DNA from: Pseudomonadota bacterium
Lineage (GTDB): Bacteria > Desulfobacterota > Desulfobacteria > Desulfobacterales > RPRI01
NCBI GenBank assembly: GCA_043825875.1
Contig: JBDRRF010000097.1
Span: 1 to 52,263, forward strand
Reading direction: 5' to 3'
Length of the DNA: 52,263 bases
Translations under genes and position numbers: made by a program
Shown here: positions 17,823 through 26,361 of the stretch, in pieces
How the letters are laid out: each line of letters opens with the position of its first letter
Position numbering within the stretch: the first letter of the stretch is position 1
Notes under the pieces: model-generated
What the model was told of the DNA's origin: nothing
Seen by the model: the letters and a program-made list of their open reading frames with translations, nothing else
Database searches by the model: none

Positions 17823-18059
17823 CTATCTTGCAATAAGCTTTGCTATCTCTTCAGGACTTAGAACCTTTCCAACTGATTTTACATCGCCGTCTATAGCCAG
17901 GGCAGGTGTTACCATCACCCCGAAGTTGGTGATCTCCATGATGTCGGTTATTTTCTCCACTGAGCAGTCTGTGCCGGTTTCTTTTACCGCTTGCTGAACA
18001 TTTTTAGTGAGTTTCTCACATTTTGGGCAACCCGTGCCCAGAATTTGAATTTTTTTCAT
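17823..18059 (-). CDS. Small redox-active disulfide protein 2 (MTH895/ArsE-like thioredoxin)
   Basis: [11 protein letters not shown]...[17 protein letters not shown]. Confidence 0.92.
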   Translation of the reverse strand: MKKIQILGTGCPKCEKLTKNVQQAVKETGTDCSVEKITDIMEITNFGVMVTPALAIDGDVKSVGKVLSPEEIAKLIAR

Positions 18060-18102
18060 GTCTGACCTCCTGTAAAGATCCTTTCATCATTCAAGACGCA
18101 GG

Positions 18103-18136
18103 AGTGTAAGGACACGTTATGCCGTGCCCTTACACT
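18103..18136. repeat. REP-like hairpin AGTGTAAGGACACG-TTATGC-CGTGCCCTTACACT
   Basis: Near-perfect palindrome resembling GTAGGGGCACGGCATGCCGTGCCCCTAC-type REPs. Confidence 0.6.
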
Positions 18137-18157
18137 ATGACATCTGAAACCCAAAAT

Positions 18158-18481
18158 CTATTTCTGACACCCGCAATCAACATTACCGGCGACAATTTCT
18201 CTCCATTCGCCGATGACGTCATGTGTCCAGCAATCATCAGCACCGGCTGCCTCTCGCATGACGAGAGCGAATATATATGACAGTTCCTTAACCGTTGCTC
18301 CTGCTTCCAAAGCTCCTTTGAAGTGTTTGAGCACGCAGGGCTTGGAACGAGCCTTGATGGAAACGGCAAAGCAGATAAACTGATAGGTCTTCTCATCTAT
18401 TGTCCGCTTACTGGAATACAGCTCATCCATTTTGTCCAGCAGTTCAGTAAATTCAGGAAAAAATTCTGCCAGCATTCTCAT
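18158..18481 (-). CDS. Carboxymuconolactone decarboxylase (CMD/AhpD-like) family protein
   Basis: IDEKTYQFICFAVSI...PCVLKHFKGALEAGAT..EL; start 18481 with GGAGG RBS. Confidence 0.85.
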   Translation of the reverse strand: MRMLAEFFPEFTELLDKMDELYSSKRTIDEKTYQFICFAVSIKARSKPCVLKHFKGALEAGATVKELSYIFALVMREAAGADDCWTHDVIGEWREIVAGNVDCGCQK

Positions 18482-18525
18482 CTTAATTCCTCCTTGTTTT
18501 CTTATAGTATTTAAAAATATCTTCA

Positions 18526-18668
18526 GAGCCAGTTTCAAAACGCCCCATTTTGGCCGATCTTAAGCGTTGGGTGAAAATTTTAATCCTCGAAATACTCCAT
18601 GTATTCCTGCGGTTAAAATTTTCACCCGCCTTGACCTTGACCAAACTGAAACGTTTTGAAAGTGGCTC
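18526..18668 (+). repeat. MITE-like repeat, 143 bp, with TTCA flanking direct repeat
   Basis: 17-bp TIR (1 mismatch); TTCA at 18522-18525 and 18669-18672. Confidence 0.93.
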
Positions 18669-18769
18669 TTCATAATTATTGTCACAATATTTTAAGTTTT
18701 TTCAAAATCAGCAGGAAAAAAAGCTCTTAAATTCCTGTTCTCTACCCCTTATCTCTAGTTCTTTCCAAG

Positions 18770-19474
18770 CTAAGCTAAAAAAGGATTTATGATGAAATAT
18801 AAACCAAGAAATCCTATAATCACTCCTGCTCCTTTACGAAACCAGTTGCCGTAATTTTGCCACTTGCTGTTTTCCGTTAATTTTCGTACCCATGCAGATG
18901 AACTGCCTGCAGCAACAATAGGCAGACAGTGCCCCAGGGCAAATAGCATAATCATTACTATCCCTGTAATGATTTTTTGCTGGACTGTGATGATAGCCAA
19001 TATCGGGGCAATAAACCCAAACGTGCACGACCCGGACAGAATGCCATATGCCAGTCCCAGTCCGAAAGCCCCGTGAATGCCTTTAAGCTTCAGACGATAA
19101 AGCAAAGAACCGGAAACCGATAAGATCTCTACTCCCAGCATGTTCAGGGCAACAAGAAGTAGCACAGCACCGACAAGTATCTGCCACCATATGCCGACAT
19201 CGCCCAACATTCTACCCAGCAACGAACAGACTATGCCTATGAGTGCGATAGTGATAAAAAGCCCCAGTGTAAAGGCGCCTGCATACCAGACAGCCTGCCG
19301 CGGATCTACAGCCTTTTCCTGACCGGCTACATATGCTATAATCAACGGAATTGAAGCCAGATGGCAGGGGCTGAACATCACGCTTATAATTCCCCAGAAA
19401 AAACATCCCAGAAAAGCAAGAGTGGTGCCACCTGTCATCCATTGGTTAACCGTAAGAAAAAATGATTCGATCAT
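18770..19474 (-). CDS. ccdA: CcdA/DsbD-type cytochrome c biogenesis (disulfide transfer) membrane protein
   Basis: SPCHLASIPL and SGSCTFGF cysteine motifs, ~6 TM helices. Confidence 0.88.
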   Translation of the reverse strand: MIESFFLTVNQWMTGGTTLAFLGCFFWGIISVMFSPCHLASIPLIIAYVAGQEKAVDPRQAVWYAGAFTLGLFITIALIGIVCSLLGRMLGDVGIWWQILVGAVLLLVALNMLGVEILSVSGSLLYRLKLKGIHGAFGLGLAYGILSGSCTFGFIAPILAIITVQQKIITGIVMIMLFALGHCLPIVAAGSSSAWVRKLTENSKWQNYGNWFRKGAGVIIGFLGLYFIINPFLA

Positions 19475-19499
19475 GATCTTTCCTTAGACAATAAAATGC

Positions 19500-19913
19500 T
19501 TATTTTACTCCCATTTTATCAAACTGCTGTATAATATCGGCTTCGCTCATAAATCCCAGATGTCTGTATACTTCCTTACCTTTTTTGTCGAAAAATATCT
19601 GGGTTGGCATTACCTGAACTCTGTAGTGTTCGAAAGCATCGCGGTCTTCACGAAGATCATAAAAATGAATTACTGCTTTTCCGGCATATTTCTTCTCCAT
19701 TTTTTCCAGGATTGGGGCCATCATTTTACAGGGGGTACAATAACCGGCTCCCAGATCTACCATCGTTACCATACCTTTAGCAGGGATATTTTCATCAAAA
19801 ATTTCTGATGCAAAAGCATTTGTTACTACAATAAATGATATTAGGGCGGATACCAATATCGCCAATCCAATATATTTTTTACTCTCAATTTCAGAACTTA
19901 AAATCTCCTTCAT
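19500..19913 (-). CDS. Exported thioredoxin-family protein
   Basis: VDLGAGYCTPCKMM, MPTQIFFDK.G.E.YRH.G; N-terminal hydrophobic segment; ATGA overlap with the upstream gene. Confidence 0.9.
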   Translation of the reverse strand: MKEILSSEIESKKYIGLAILVSALISFIVVTNAFASEIFDENIPAKGMVTMVDLGAGYCTPCKMMAPILEKMEKKYAGKAVIHFYDLREDRDAFEHYRVQVMPTQIFFDKKGKEVYRHLGFMSEADIIQQFDKMGVK

Positions 19914-20143
19914 TTTTTTATCCATTTTTTAATTTCCTTTATTTTGGGAATTTTGCCGACGCATTTAACCTCACCATCTATTACAACAGCCGGAGTCCCG
20001 AAAACCCCGTAACCGGCAATTTTCATAAGATCAGATACTTTTTCTATATCGGCGGAAACGCCTTCTTCGGCAACAACCTGCCTGACAATTTCTTCGGTTT
20101 TTTTACATTTTGAACATCCTGGCCCTAGTACTTTAATTTCCAT
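19910..20143 (-). CDS. Small redox-active disulfide protein 2 (MTH895/ArsE-like)
   Basis: IKVLGPGCSKC...GVFGTPAVVIDGEVK. Confidence 0.92.
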   Translation of the reverse strand: MEIKVLGPGCSKCKKTEEIVRQVVAEEGVSADIEKVSDLMKIAGYGVFGTPAVVIDGEVKCVGKIPKIKEIKKWIKK

Positions 20144-20211
20144 TTTGATTCCTTCCGGCTATAGTTCTCTTTGATTCACAGCCTCTTCGATCCAGCCATT
20201 TGTTTTTTTAT

Positions 20212-21378
20212 TTAAAACGCACCGTATATCATTCCGGCAATCGTGGACATTATGACGATGATACCGCAAAAAGTTGCTGTTTTCTTTACCCCCATAACGC
20301 TACCGATCACCAGCATGTTGGGAAGCGACAGCGCTGGACCGGCCAGAAGCAAAGCCAGAGCCGGTCCCTTGCCCATACCGGCCCCTATTAGTCCCTGCAG
20401 AATAGGCACCTCGGTCAGCGTTGCGAAATACATTAATGCTCCGGCCACCGAAGCGATAAGGTTGGCCCAGATGGAATTGCCGCCCAAAAGTGACTGGACC
20501 CACTGCTCGGGAATCAGGGCTGGATGACCGGGCCGTCCCAGCATAAAACCGGCCACCAGAACACCGCCAGCCAAAAGTGGGAAGATCTGCTTCATAAAGT
20601 CCCAGGTGGATTCCACCCAGCTTTTGCACTCGTCTTTTGTGAACCAGGCCTTGAGCATAAAACCCAGCACGATAAGCAGGGTGACGGTGATGTACCACTT
20701 GGCAGCGAAGATGGCGGGCCAAATGCCTGTGGAACCTTCGGTTGGTTTTGCAAACGCGGCGAACACCAGAATTAGGACCATTGTCATGATATATAAGGTG
20801 TCCTGCAACAGGGTGCGCTCTTTGGCATCCGAATCCGGTACATAAATCTGCCCCGCAGTTCGGGCCGCATCATCCTTGCGAAAAATTAAAGCCATCAAAA
20901 GACCGGTGACCACGGCAAAGACCACCGCGCCAACGGCTCGGGCCAAGCCCAATTGCCATCCCAGGATTTTTGCCGTCAGGGTAATGGCCAGGATGTTGAT
21001 GGCTGGTCCGGAATAAAGAAAGGCTGTAGCCGGCCCGATTCCGGCTCCACGAGTATAAATGCCGGCGAACAGAGGCAACACCGTGCAGGAACAGACTGCC
21101 AGGATGGTCCCGGAAACAGAAGCCACGGAATAAGATAAAATCTTGCTTGCCTGAGCCCCAAAGTACTTGAGCACGGAGGCCTGGGAAACAAACACCGAAA
21201 TGGCTCCAGCGATAAAAAAAGCCGGGATCAGGCATGTCAGCACATGTTCTCTGGCGTATTCCTGAAGCATCATAAATGCCTCGAGACCTGATTGCCTGAT
21301 AAGGGGATGGTTCCAGGGGATAAAATAACATACTAAAAATATAGAAATAATGACCAGTAATTTGGTCCGTTCTTTCAT
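20212..21378 (-). CDS. ArsP-like (DUF318) permease
   Basis: AVCSCTVLP, FLYSGPAIN, MYFATLTEVP, LLLAGPALSLP. Confidence 0.9.
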   Translation of the reverse strand: MKERTKLLVIISIFLVCYFIPWNHPLIRQSGLEAFMMLQEYAREHVLTCLIPAFFIAGAISVFVSQASVLKYFGAQASKILSYSVASVSGTILAVCSCTVLPLFAGIYTRGAGIGPATAFLYSGPAINILAITLTAKILGWQLGLARAVGAVVFAVVTGLLMALIFRKDDAARTAGQIYVPDSDAKERTLLQDTLYIMTMVLILVFAAFAKPTEGSTGIWPAIFAAKWYITVTLLIVLGFMLKAWFTKDECKSWVESTWDFMKQIFPLLAGGVLVAGFMLGRPGHPALIPEQWVQSLLGGNSIWANLIASVAGALMYFATLTEVPILQGLIGAGMGKGPALALLLAGPALSLPNMLVIGSVMGVKKTATFCGIIVIMSTIAGMIYGAF

Positions 21379-21408
21379 GGGACTTCCTCCATTAATAAAA
21401 AAGATAAA

Positions 21409-21753
21409 TTACTTCATGCAAATATTTTCGCGTTTAATAAAAGGCAGTTGTTCGACCAGTTTTAAAATTTCAGGATCCTGATTCAACCAGTGCTTCAAAT
21501 TTCCCAGCATATTAGCTATATAAGGACTTTCGTTACCATCTGTAAGCTGATAATTGACCCACAAACCGTCTTTTTTTGAAACTACAAGACCGGCATTTTC
21601 TAGAATTTTAAGATGCTTTGAAACACTTGGCTGGTTAATCTGCAGGATCTCCCGCAATTCACATACACACATTTTCTTATGCTGAAGCATTTTTACGATC
21701 TTGACTCTTGTCGGGTCCGAAAGAGCCTTTGTAACCTTGATGAATTCATTCAT
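21409..21753 (-). CDS. arsR: ArsR/SmtB-family repressor
   Basis: KALSDPTR..I, MCVCEL, QPSVSKHL..L..AGLV..KDGLWVNY; start 21753. Confidence 0.92.
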   Translation of the reverse strand: MNEFIKVTKALSDPTRVKIVKMLQHKKMCVCELREILQINQPSVSKHLKILENAGLVVSKKDGLWVNYQLTDGNESPYIANMLGNLKHWLNQDPEILKLVEQLPFIKRENICMK

Positions 21754-21765
21754 ACGCCTTCCTTT

Positions 21766-21811
21766 ATATATTCTATTTTTGGAATATATTGCGTTAGAAA
21801 TCATTTGTCAA
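21766..21811 (-). promoter_or_regulatory. sigma70 promoter with overlapping ArsR-type operator
   Basis: Minus strand TTGACA-17 nt-TATATT; perfect inverted repeat ATATATTC-N8-GAATATAT (21766-21789) overlaps the -10. Confidence 0.75.
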
Positions 21812-21900
21812 GCCGTATATAATTAGAATATTAATTTTTACATATATCGATTCTATAACGGTATAAGAATATAGTTACGATGGGTATAAGGAGAAATTAG

Positions 21901-21974
21901 CTCATGAGTTTATAAGTTCTTAAGTTGATAAGAAATGAATTTAGGGTAAACTCATAAGTTCGTGAGTTCCTGTG
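21901..21974. repeat. Degenerate 8-bp tandem repeats
   Basis: CTCATGAG TTTATAAG TTCTTAAG TTGATAAG and CTCATAAG TTCGTGAG TTCCTGTG. Confidence 0.55.
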
Positions 21975-22022
21975 TTGGTTAGGATAAAGAAAAAGGTAGT
22001 ATGTAAGTTATTTTTCTTTTGA

Positions 22023-22538
22023 CTACTGGGAAAGAGTATAATTCGCCAGTAGACTTCCTTGCCAGTAAATATTTGAAGGATTGGAAAAGTATATTTTGAA
22101 AATTTCGAGGCTTTCTTTACGCAATATATCAGGAATTATTGATATCCGGCTGTTTTTGTATAAGGGAGACAAATTTTGTGTATCACAGCTTGTTCCTCCA
22201 CCCATAACGTCTTCATATGCATATACAAGCTTGCCTATACCGGAAAGCATAATAGCGGCAAAACACATAAGGCAGGGTTCCATGGTGCAATATATTGTTG
22301 TTTCCTGCCTGTTTATATCATTAAATTCTTCCATGCCGGCCAGATTTCTTAAAGCTATTATCTCCGCATGATCAACTTCGTTTGAAACGCTTTTGGCTGT
22401 TCCTTCTCTTTTGCCCGTTGCAATAATTTTGTCTTTATATACTATTACACAACCTACAGGAAACTCTCCTTCTTCAAGCGCTGTTTTCGCAAGATTGAGA
22501 GCTTCATTCATAAAATATTCTTGATTAGTTGTATTCAT
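22023..22538 (-). CDS. TadA-like nucleoside/tRNA deaminase
   Basis: GEFPVGCVIV, HAEIIAL, YCTMEPCLMC. Confidence 0.88.
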   Translation of the reverse strand: MNTTNQEYFMNEALNLAKTALEEGEFPVGCVIVYKDKIIATGKREGTAKSVSNEVDHAEIIALRNLAGMEEFNDINRQETTIYCTMEPCLMCFAAIMLSGIGKLVYAYEDVMGGGTSCDTQNLSPLYKNSRISIIPDILRKESLEIFKIYFSNPSNIYWQGSLLANYTLSQ

Positions 22539-22541
22539 TGA

Positions 22542-23111
22542 TTAAGACTCTATTCTGCAAATACTATTATCACAGGGGCAGCTTCCATCAATATCATAAG
22601 CATATAAAATTCTTGATTCAGCTTCGGCTCTGGCTGCAGGAATGATAGGAAAAGCAAATCTTTCCGAAAGTTTTATAAGTTCGGGTTTTGCGGGAATTGT
22701 ATCAAGACCGCTTGAAATTATCTTAGCAGTTAATCCTTCAAGAATATCAGCGTCCTCTCCGTTTGTAACCACAACTACCGGAATCTGATATTCAGCAACA
22801 AGCCTGGAGGCCGCTATTGCAGGGCGGTGGCGTGTTGTTATTGAACCGGGACCGTATTTAATTATCATGCATATCCGGTTATCTAATAATATAAGAAAAT
22901 CAACTTTGATTATTGCTTTTTTATTTCCTGCCCTGGCTAAAAGATCATAGCGCGGTGTGACATCTTTTTTTTCATATAATTTTATATCAACTAGCAATCG
23001 GGCGATTTTTTGTCTATAGCGCTCATCATGGCTATCTTCTATTGTTTTGCCTGTAATGAAATCGGTTGTTTTGCCTAAAATTAAATGATGCCCTTCCATT
23101 TTATTTTTCAA
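22542..23111 (-). CDS. Stand-alone type I restriction enzyme HsdR N-terminal domain protein
   Basis: DFITG..IED..DE..RQ.IAR.LV.K.Y, VVVVTNG.D. Confidence 0.7.
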   Translation of the reverse strand: MKNKMEGHHLILGKTTDFITGKTIEDSHDERYRQKIARLLVDIKLYEKKDVTPRYDLLARAGNKKAIIKVDFLILLDNRICMIIKYGPGSITTRHRPAIAASRLVAEYQIPVVVVTNGEDADILEGLTAKIISSGLDTIPAKPELIKLSERFAFPIIPAARAEAESRILYAYDIDGSCPCDNSICRIES

Positions 23112-23150
23112 TCACTCTCTTTCAAATAGTTCTTTACAATTCATTACACA

Positions 23151-23159
23151 TGTGGATAA
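23151..23159 (-). promoter_or_regulatory. Perfect DnaA box in a divergent intergenic region
   Basis: TGTGGATAA, the reverse complement of TTATCCACA. Confidence 0.45.
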
Positions 23160-23207
23160 ATCTGACAGCTATATTTAATAAGGAATCTTTATAACAGGTA
23201 ATGAGTT

Positions 23208-24278
23208 ATGTCAATTCGTGAAAATTTTGAAAAGCGTGAAGAAGGATTCATGTCTCCTTTCGGTTGCCTCAGTTCAAAATCCAAAGGGCGTATCAGACAG
23301 GAAAAACCATGCCCCATAAGAACTGCTTTCCAGAGGGATAGAGATCGAATTGTATATTCTAATGCATTCAGGAGATTAAAACATAAAACTCAGGTTTTTT
23401 TATCTCCTCTTGGAGATCATTACAGAACACGCCTTACACACACCTTAGAGGTTGCTGAAATAGCAAGAACTATAGCACGAGCTATGAGGCTTAACGAAGA
23501 TTTAACCGAAGCAATAGCCCTTGGTCATGATCTGGGTCATACACCCTTCGGCCATGGCGGGGAAACGGCTTTAAAAGAAATTTATGCCCCTGGTTTTTCG
23601 CATAACGAACAAAGTTTAAGGGTTATTGATCATCTTGAAAACAAAGGTAACGGACTAAATTTAACTTATGAAGTAAGAGATGGTATTTTGAAGCATTCAA
23701 AAGGTTATGGCAAAATTCTTCCTCTTGATAACCCTGATGAACTTGCTTGCACCGTGGAAGGTCAAGTTGTCAGAATTGCCGATATAATGGCTTATTTAAA
23801 CCATGACCTTGATGATGCAATCAGAAGCGGCGTAATAAAAAGAGACCAAATTCCTAAAAAGTGCTCGGATGTTTTGGGCCGTACGCATTCGAAACGTGCA
23901 ACAACTATGATTAGAGATCTTATTTTTGCAAGCCATGAATCCAATGGAAAATTTATTCTTAAAATGAGTGATGAGAAATACAGTGCCATGGGAATCTTAA
24001 GAGAATTTCTTTATGAAAACGTATACCGTTCATCAAATGTGCACGGTGAATTTATCAAAGCAAAAAAAATACTTTCTGAACTATATACGTATTTCATAAA
24101 CGATAAAATTTTGTTTCGCAAGGAACTGACAAACATGGAAATGATAGATATATATAAGAAAAAGAGCCTTGGCGAAGAGACCTATGAGAGAATTGTTTGT
24201 GATTTTATAGCCAGCATTACAGACCGTTATGCTATTGAGCTTTACTGTAAAATCTTTTTACCTGCACCCCTTGTTTGA
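23208..24278 (+). CDS. dgt: Deoxyguanosinetriphosphate triphosphohydrolase (short dGTPase, HD domain)
   Basis: RTAFQRDRDRI, FRRLKHKTQV, RTRLTHTLEV, GHDLGHTPFGH.GE. Confidence 0.95.
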   Translation: MSIRENFEKREEGFMSPFGCLSSKSKGRIRQEKPCPIRTAFQRDRDRIVYSNAFRRLKHKTQVFLSPLGDHYRTRLTHTLEVAEIARTIARAMRLNEDLTEAIALGHDLGHTPFGHGGETALKEIYAPGFSHNEQSLRVIDHLENKGNGLNLTYEVRDGILKHSKGYGKILPLDNPDELACTVEGQVVRIADIMAYLNHDLDDAIRSGVIKRDQIPKKCSDVLGRTHSKRATTMIRDLIFASHESNGKFILKMSDEKYSAMGILREFLYENVYRSSNVHGEFIKAKKILSELYTYFINDKILFRKELTNMEMIDIYKKKSLGEETYERIVCDFIASITDRYAIELYCKIFLPAPLV

Positions 24279-24293
24279 TGGGCATATATTAAA

Positions 24294-24893
24294 ATGAATC
24301 CGTTAGTCGAAAAAATAATATCCCAGGAAGAAAAATATTCAAATCTTCTGAAAAGGCTTGAATTAATTTATAATAAAATGGATGATATGTATAGTGAACT
24401 TTGCAGTTATTACGGATTTTATTGTACGGGATGTGAAGACAATTGTTGTTTCACACGATTTTATCATCACACATTTGCAGAATATCTCTTTATAAAAAAA
24501 GGTTTTGAAACGCTTGATCTTGTTAACAGAAATGATTTAAAAGAAAAAGCCGATTTAATATGCAAACAGACGATCGAGCTGGATAATTCGGGGTTGCCGG
24601 TTTATCTTCTATGCCCTTTAAATCATGATGGAATGTGCGTGTTATATGCATACCGTCCCATGATATGCAGATTGCATGGTCTTCCTCATGAACTTGTGTT
24701 ACCAGGAAAAGAAAATAAGTTAAGTCCAGGATGCGATGAATTTAAAGCACAATGCGGCTCCAAAGAGTATATGAAGTTTGACAGAACACCTTTTTATGCC
24801 GAAATGGCGGCTCTTGAAAGAGATATGAAAAAAACATTGGATATCTCCGAAAGAATAAAAATGACGATAGCCCAGATGCTTATAACCCTGTAG
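24294..24893 (+). CDS. YkgJ-family CxxCxxCC cysteine-cluster protein
   Basis: CTGCEDNCC, CPL....C..YAYRPMICRLHG. Confidence 0.85.
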   Translation: MNPLVEKIISQEEKYSNLLKRLELIYNKMDDMYSELCSYYGFYCTGCEDNCCFTRFYHHTFAEYLFIKKGFETLDLVNRNDLKEKADLICKQTIELDNSGLPVYLLCPLNHDGMCVLYAYRPMICRLHGLPHELVLPGKENKLSPGCDEFKAQCGSKEYMKFDRTPFYAEMAALERDMKKTLDISERIKMTIAQMLITL

Positions 24894-25224
24894 CAAAGCA
24901 TCCTTATCACTGGCACTCCTATAGCTTCAACCATCCCACACAACAATAGTAAATAGTACTTCTATTTTCATTTCAGAATACAACGCATTATCACTGCATG
25001 AAACCAAAAACCAGAACCTCATACAACATTTCAGAGTTTTTTTATTTTATACTGTAGAATAAATTGTACTCAAGATGCCAAAATTCTGACACTAATCTTT
25101 TCCTTTTATTTAATGATTGCTCTTTACTTAAAAAAGATTTTGTGCCGACTTTAAAATCAATTCCATCCTATTGAAATGTTTAGTGTATTTGAAGCGCTTC
25201 TTTTGCTCCTTCTTTTGTTTAAAC

Positions 25225-25240
25225 TGGCATATAGATTGCT
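25225..25240 (+). promoter_or_regulatory. sigma54 (-24/-12) promoter
   Basis: TGGCAT-ATAGA-TTGCT, 95 bp before the ATG at 25336; palindrome TGCCA-N6-TGACA at 25076-25091 is a candidate enhancer. Confidence 0.75.
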
Positions 25241-25335
25241 TAACTAATCCTGTTCAATAACACCTTTGTAATTCTTATAAATAAGAGACTATATCTGCCA
25301 ATAGTTAAATATAGCAAAATTTAATTGGAGAAAAA

Positions 25336-26358
25336 ATGAGCAAGAAAACAATTTTAACAGCATGTGGCTTTTTACTGTTTTTGATAACCTTATTATCCGT
25401 AAATTCTATCAGTTCTACTTATGAGGCTTCAGTAAAAAAAGTCCTTGTCGTACATAGCTATCATCCCCAATACGAATGGGTTTCCACAATCTCCCGTGGA
25501 ATCAAAAGAGTGTTTGAACAATCAAAAAATGTTCAGGTTGAAACTTTCTATATGAATACAAAAATTAAAACCTCGGAGGAATGGAAACAAGAATCCGGCA
25601 GATGGGCCAGGGAAATAATTTCCAAGTGGAATCCTGATGTAGTCATAACTGTTGATGATAACGCACAGGAATATGTTGGGAAATATTATGCGGGTAAAGA
25701 CCACCCGAAAATAATTTTTTGCGGCGTTAACAATAAGCCCGAAAAATACGGTTATCCTTCGTCCAACATCACAGGCATTTTAGAACGACCGCATATAAAA
25801 GAAACTTTGGATTTATTGAGCAGTTTTGTGCCAAATGTTAAGAATATAGCCGTTATAAGTGATAATTCAACAACTTCCCAGGGTGCTGTTGAATATATAA
25901 AAGACCAACTTAAAAGCCTGGATAAAAAAGCTGTTGCCTATGACATGCCGGCAACTTTTGCCCAATGGAAATCCTGTATCTCAGTTAATCAAAACAAGGC
26001 CGATGCTGTTCTGGTCTATATGTATCATACAATTAAGCGGAAAGGGCAGGAAGAAAGTATGGTCCCCAGAGAAGTAATGGAATGGACAATTTCAAACTGC
26101 TCTATACCGGTTGTCGGTTTTTTTAACTTCACCGTTGATGATGGAGCACTTTTGGGTGTTGTTGAATCCGGTATTGAACACGGCCGTGAAGCAGCTATGA
26201 TTGCCATGAATATCCTTGATGGTAAAGATATTAAACTGTTTCCAATAAAGACAGCAAGTAAAGGAATTATAATGTTCAACAACAAAACAGCCTGTAAACT
26301 TAAAATTCCCGTCCTTAACGAATTACGAGGGCAAATTGATATTATGGTAGGAGATTAA
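25336..26358 (+). CDS. ABC-type substrate-binding protein (orphan, probable sensory partner)
   Basis: Signal peptide; VLVVHSYH, PDVVITVDDNA, IIFCGVN, NITGILE; no permease nearby. Confidence 0.85.
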   Translation: MSKKTILTACGFLLFLITLLSVNSISSTYEASVKKVLVVHSYHPQYEWVSTISRGIKRVFEQSKNVQVETFYMNTKIKTSEEWKQESGRWAREIISKWNPDVVITVDDNAQEYVGKYYAGKDHPKIIFCGVNNKPEKYGYPSSNITGILERPHIKETLDLLSSFVPNVKNIAVISDNSTTSQGAVEYIKDQLKSLDKKAVAYDMPATFAQWKSCISVNQNKADAVLVYMYHTIKRKGQEESMVPREVMEWTISNCSIPVVGFFNFTVDDGALLGVVESGIEHGREAAMIAMNILDGKDIKLFPIKTASKGIIMFNNKTACKLKIPVLNELRGQIDIMVGD

Positions 26359-26361
26359 TGG

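Noticed and set aside
10807..21753. Selenoproteins (UGA readthrough) in the redox cluster
   Set aside because: The catalytic motifs I checked use ordinary Cys, and no ORF appears cut at an in-frame TGA in a Cys position.
10741..22020. tRNA-integrated genomic island
   Set aside because: No integrase and no duplicated tRNA 3' end seen at the far boundary; accessory, but integration is not supported.
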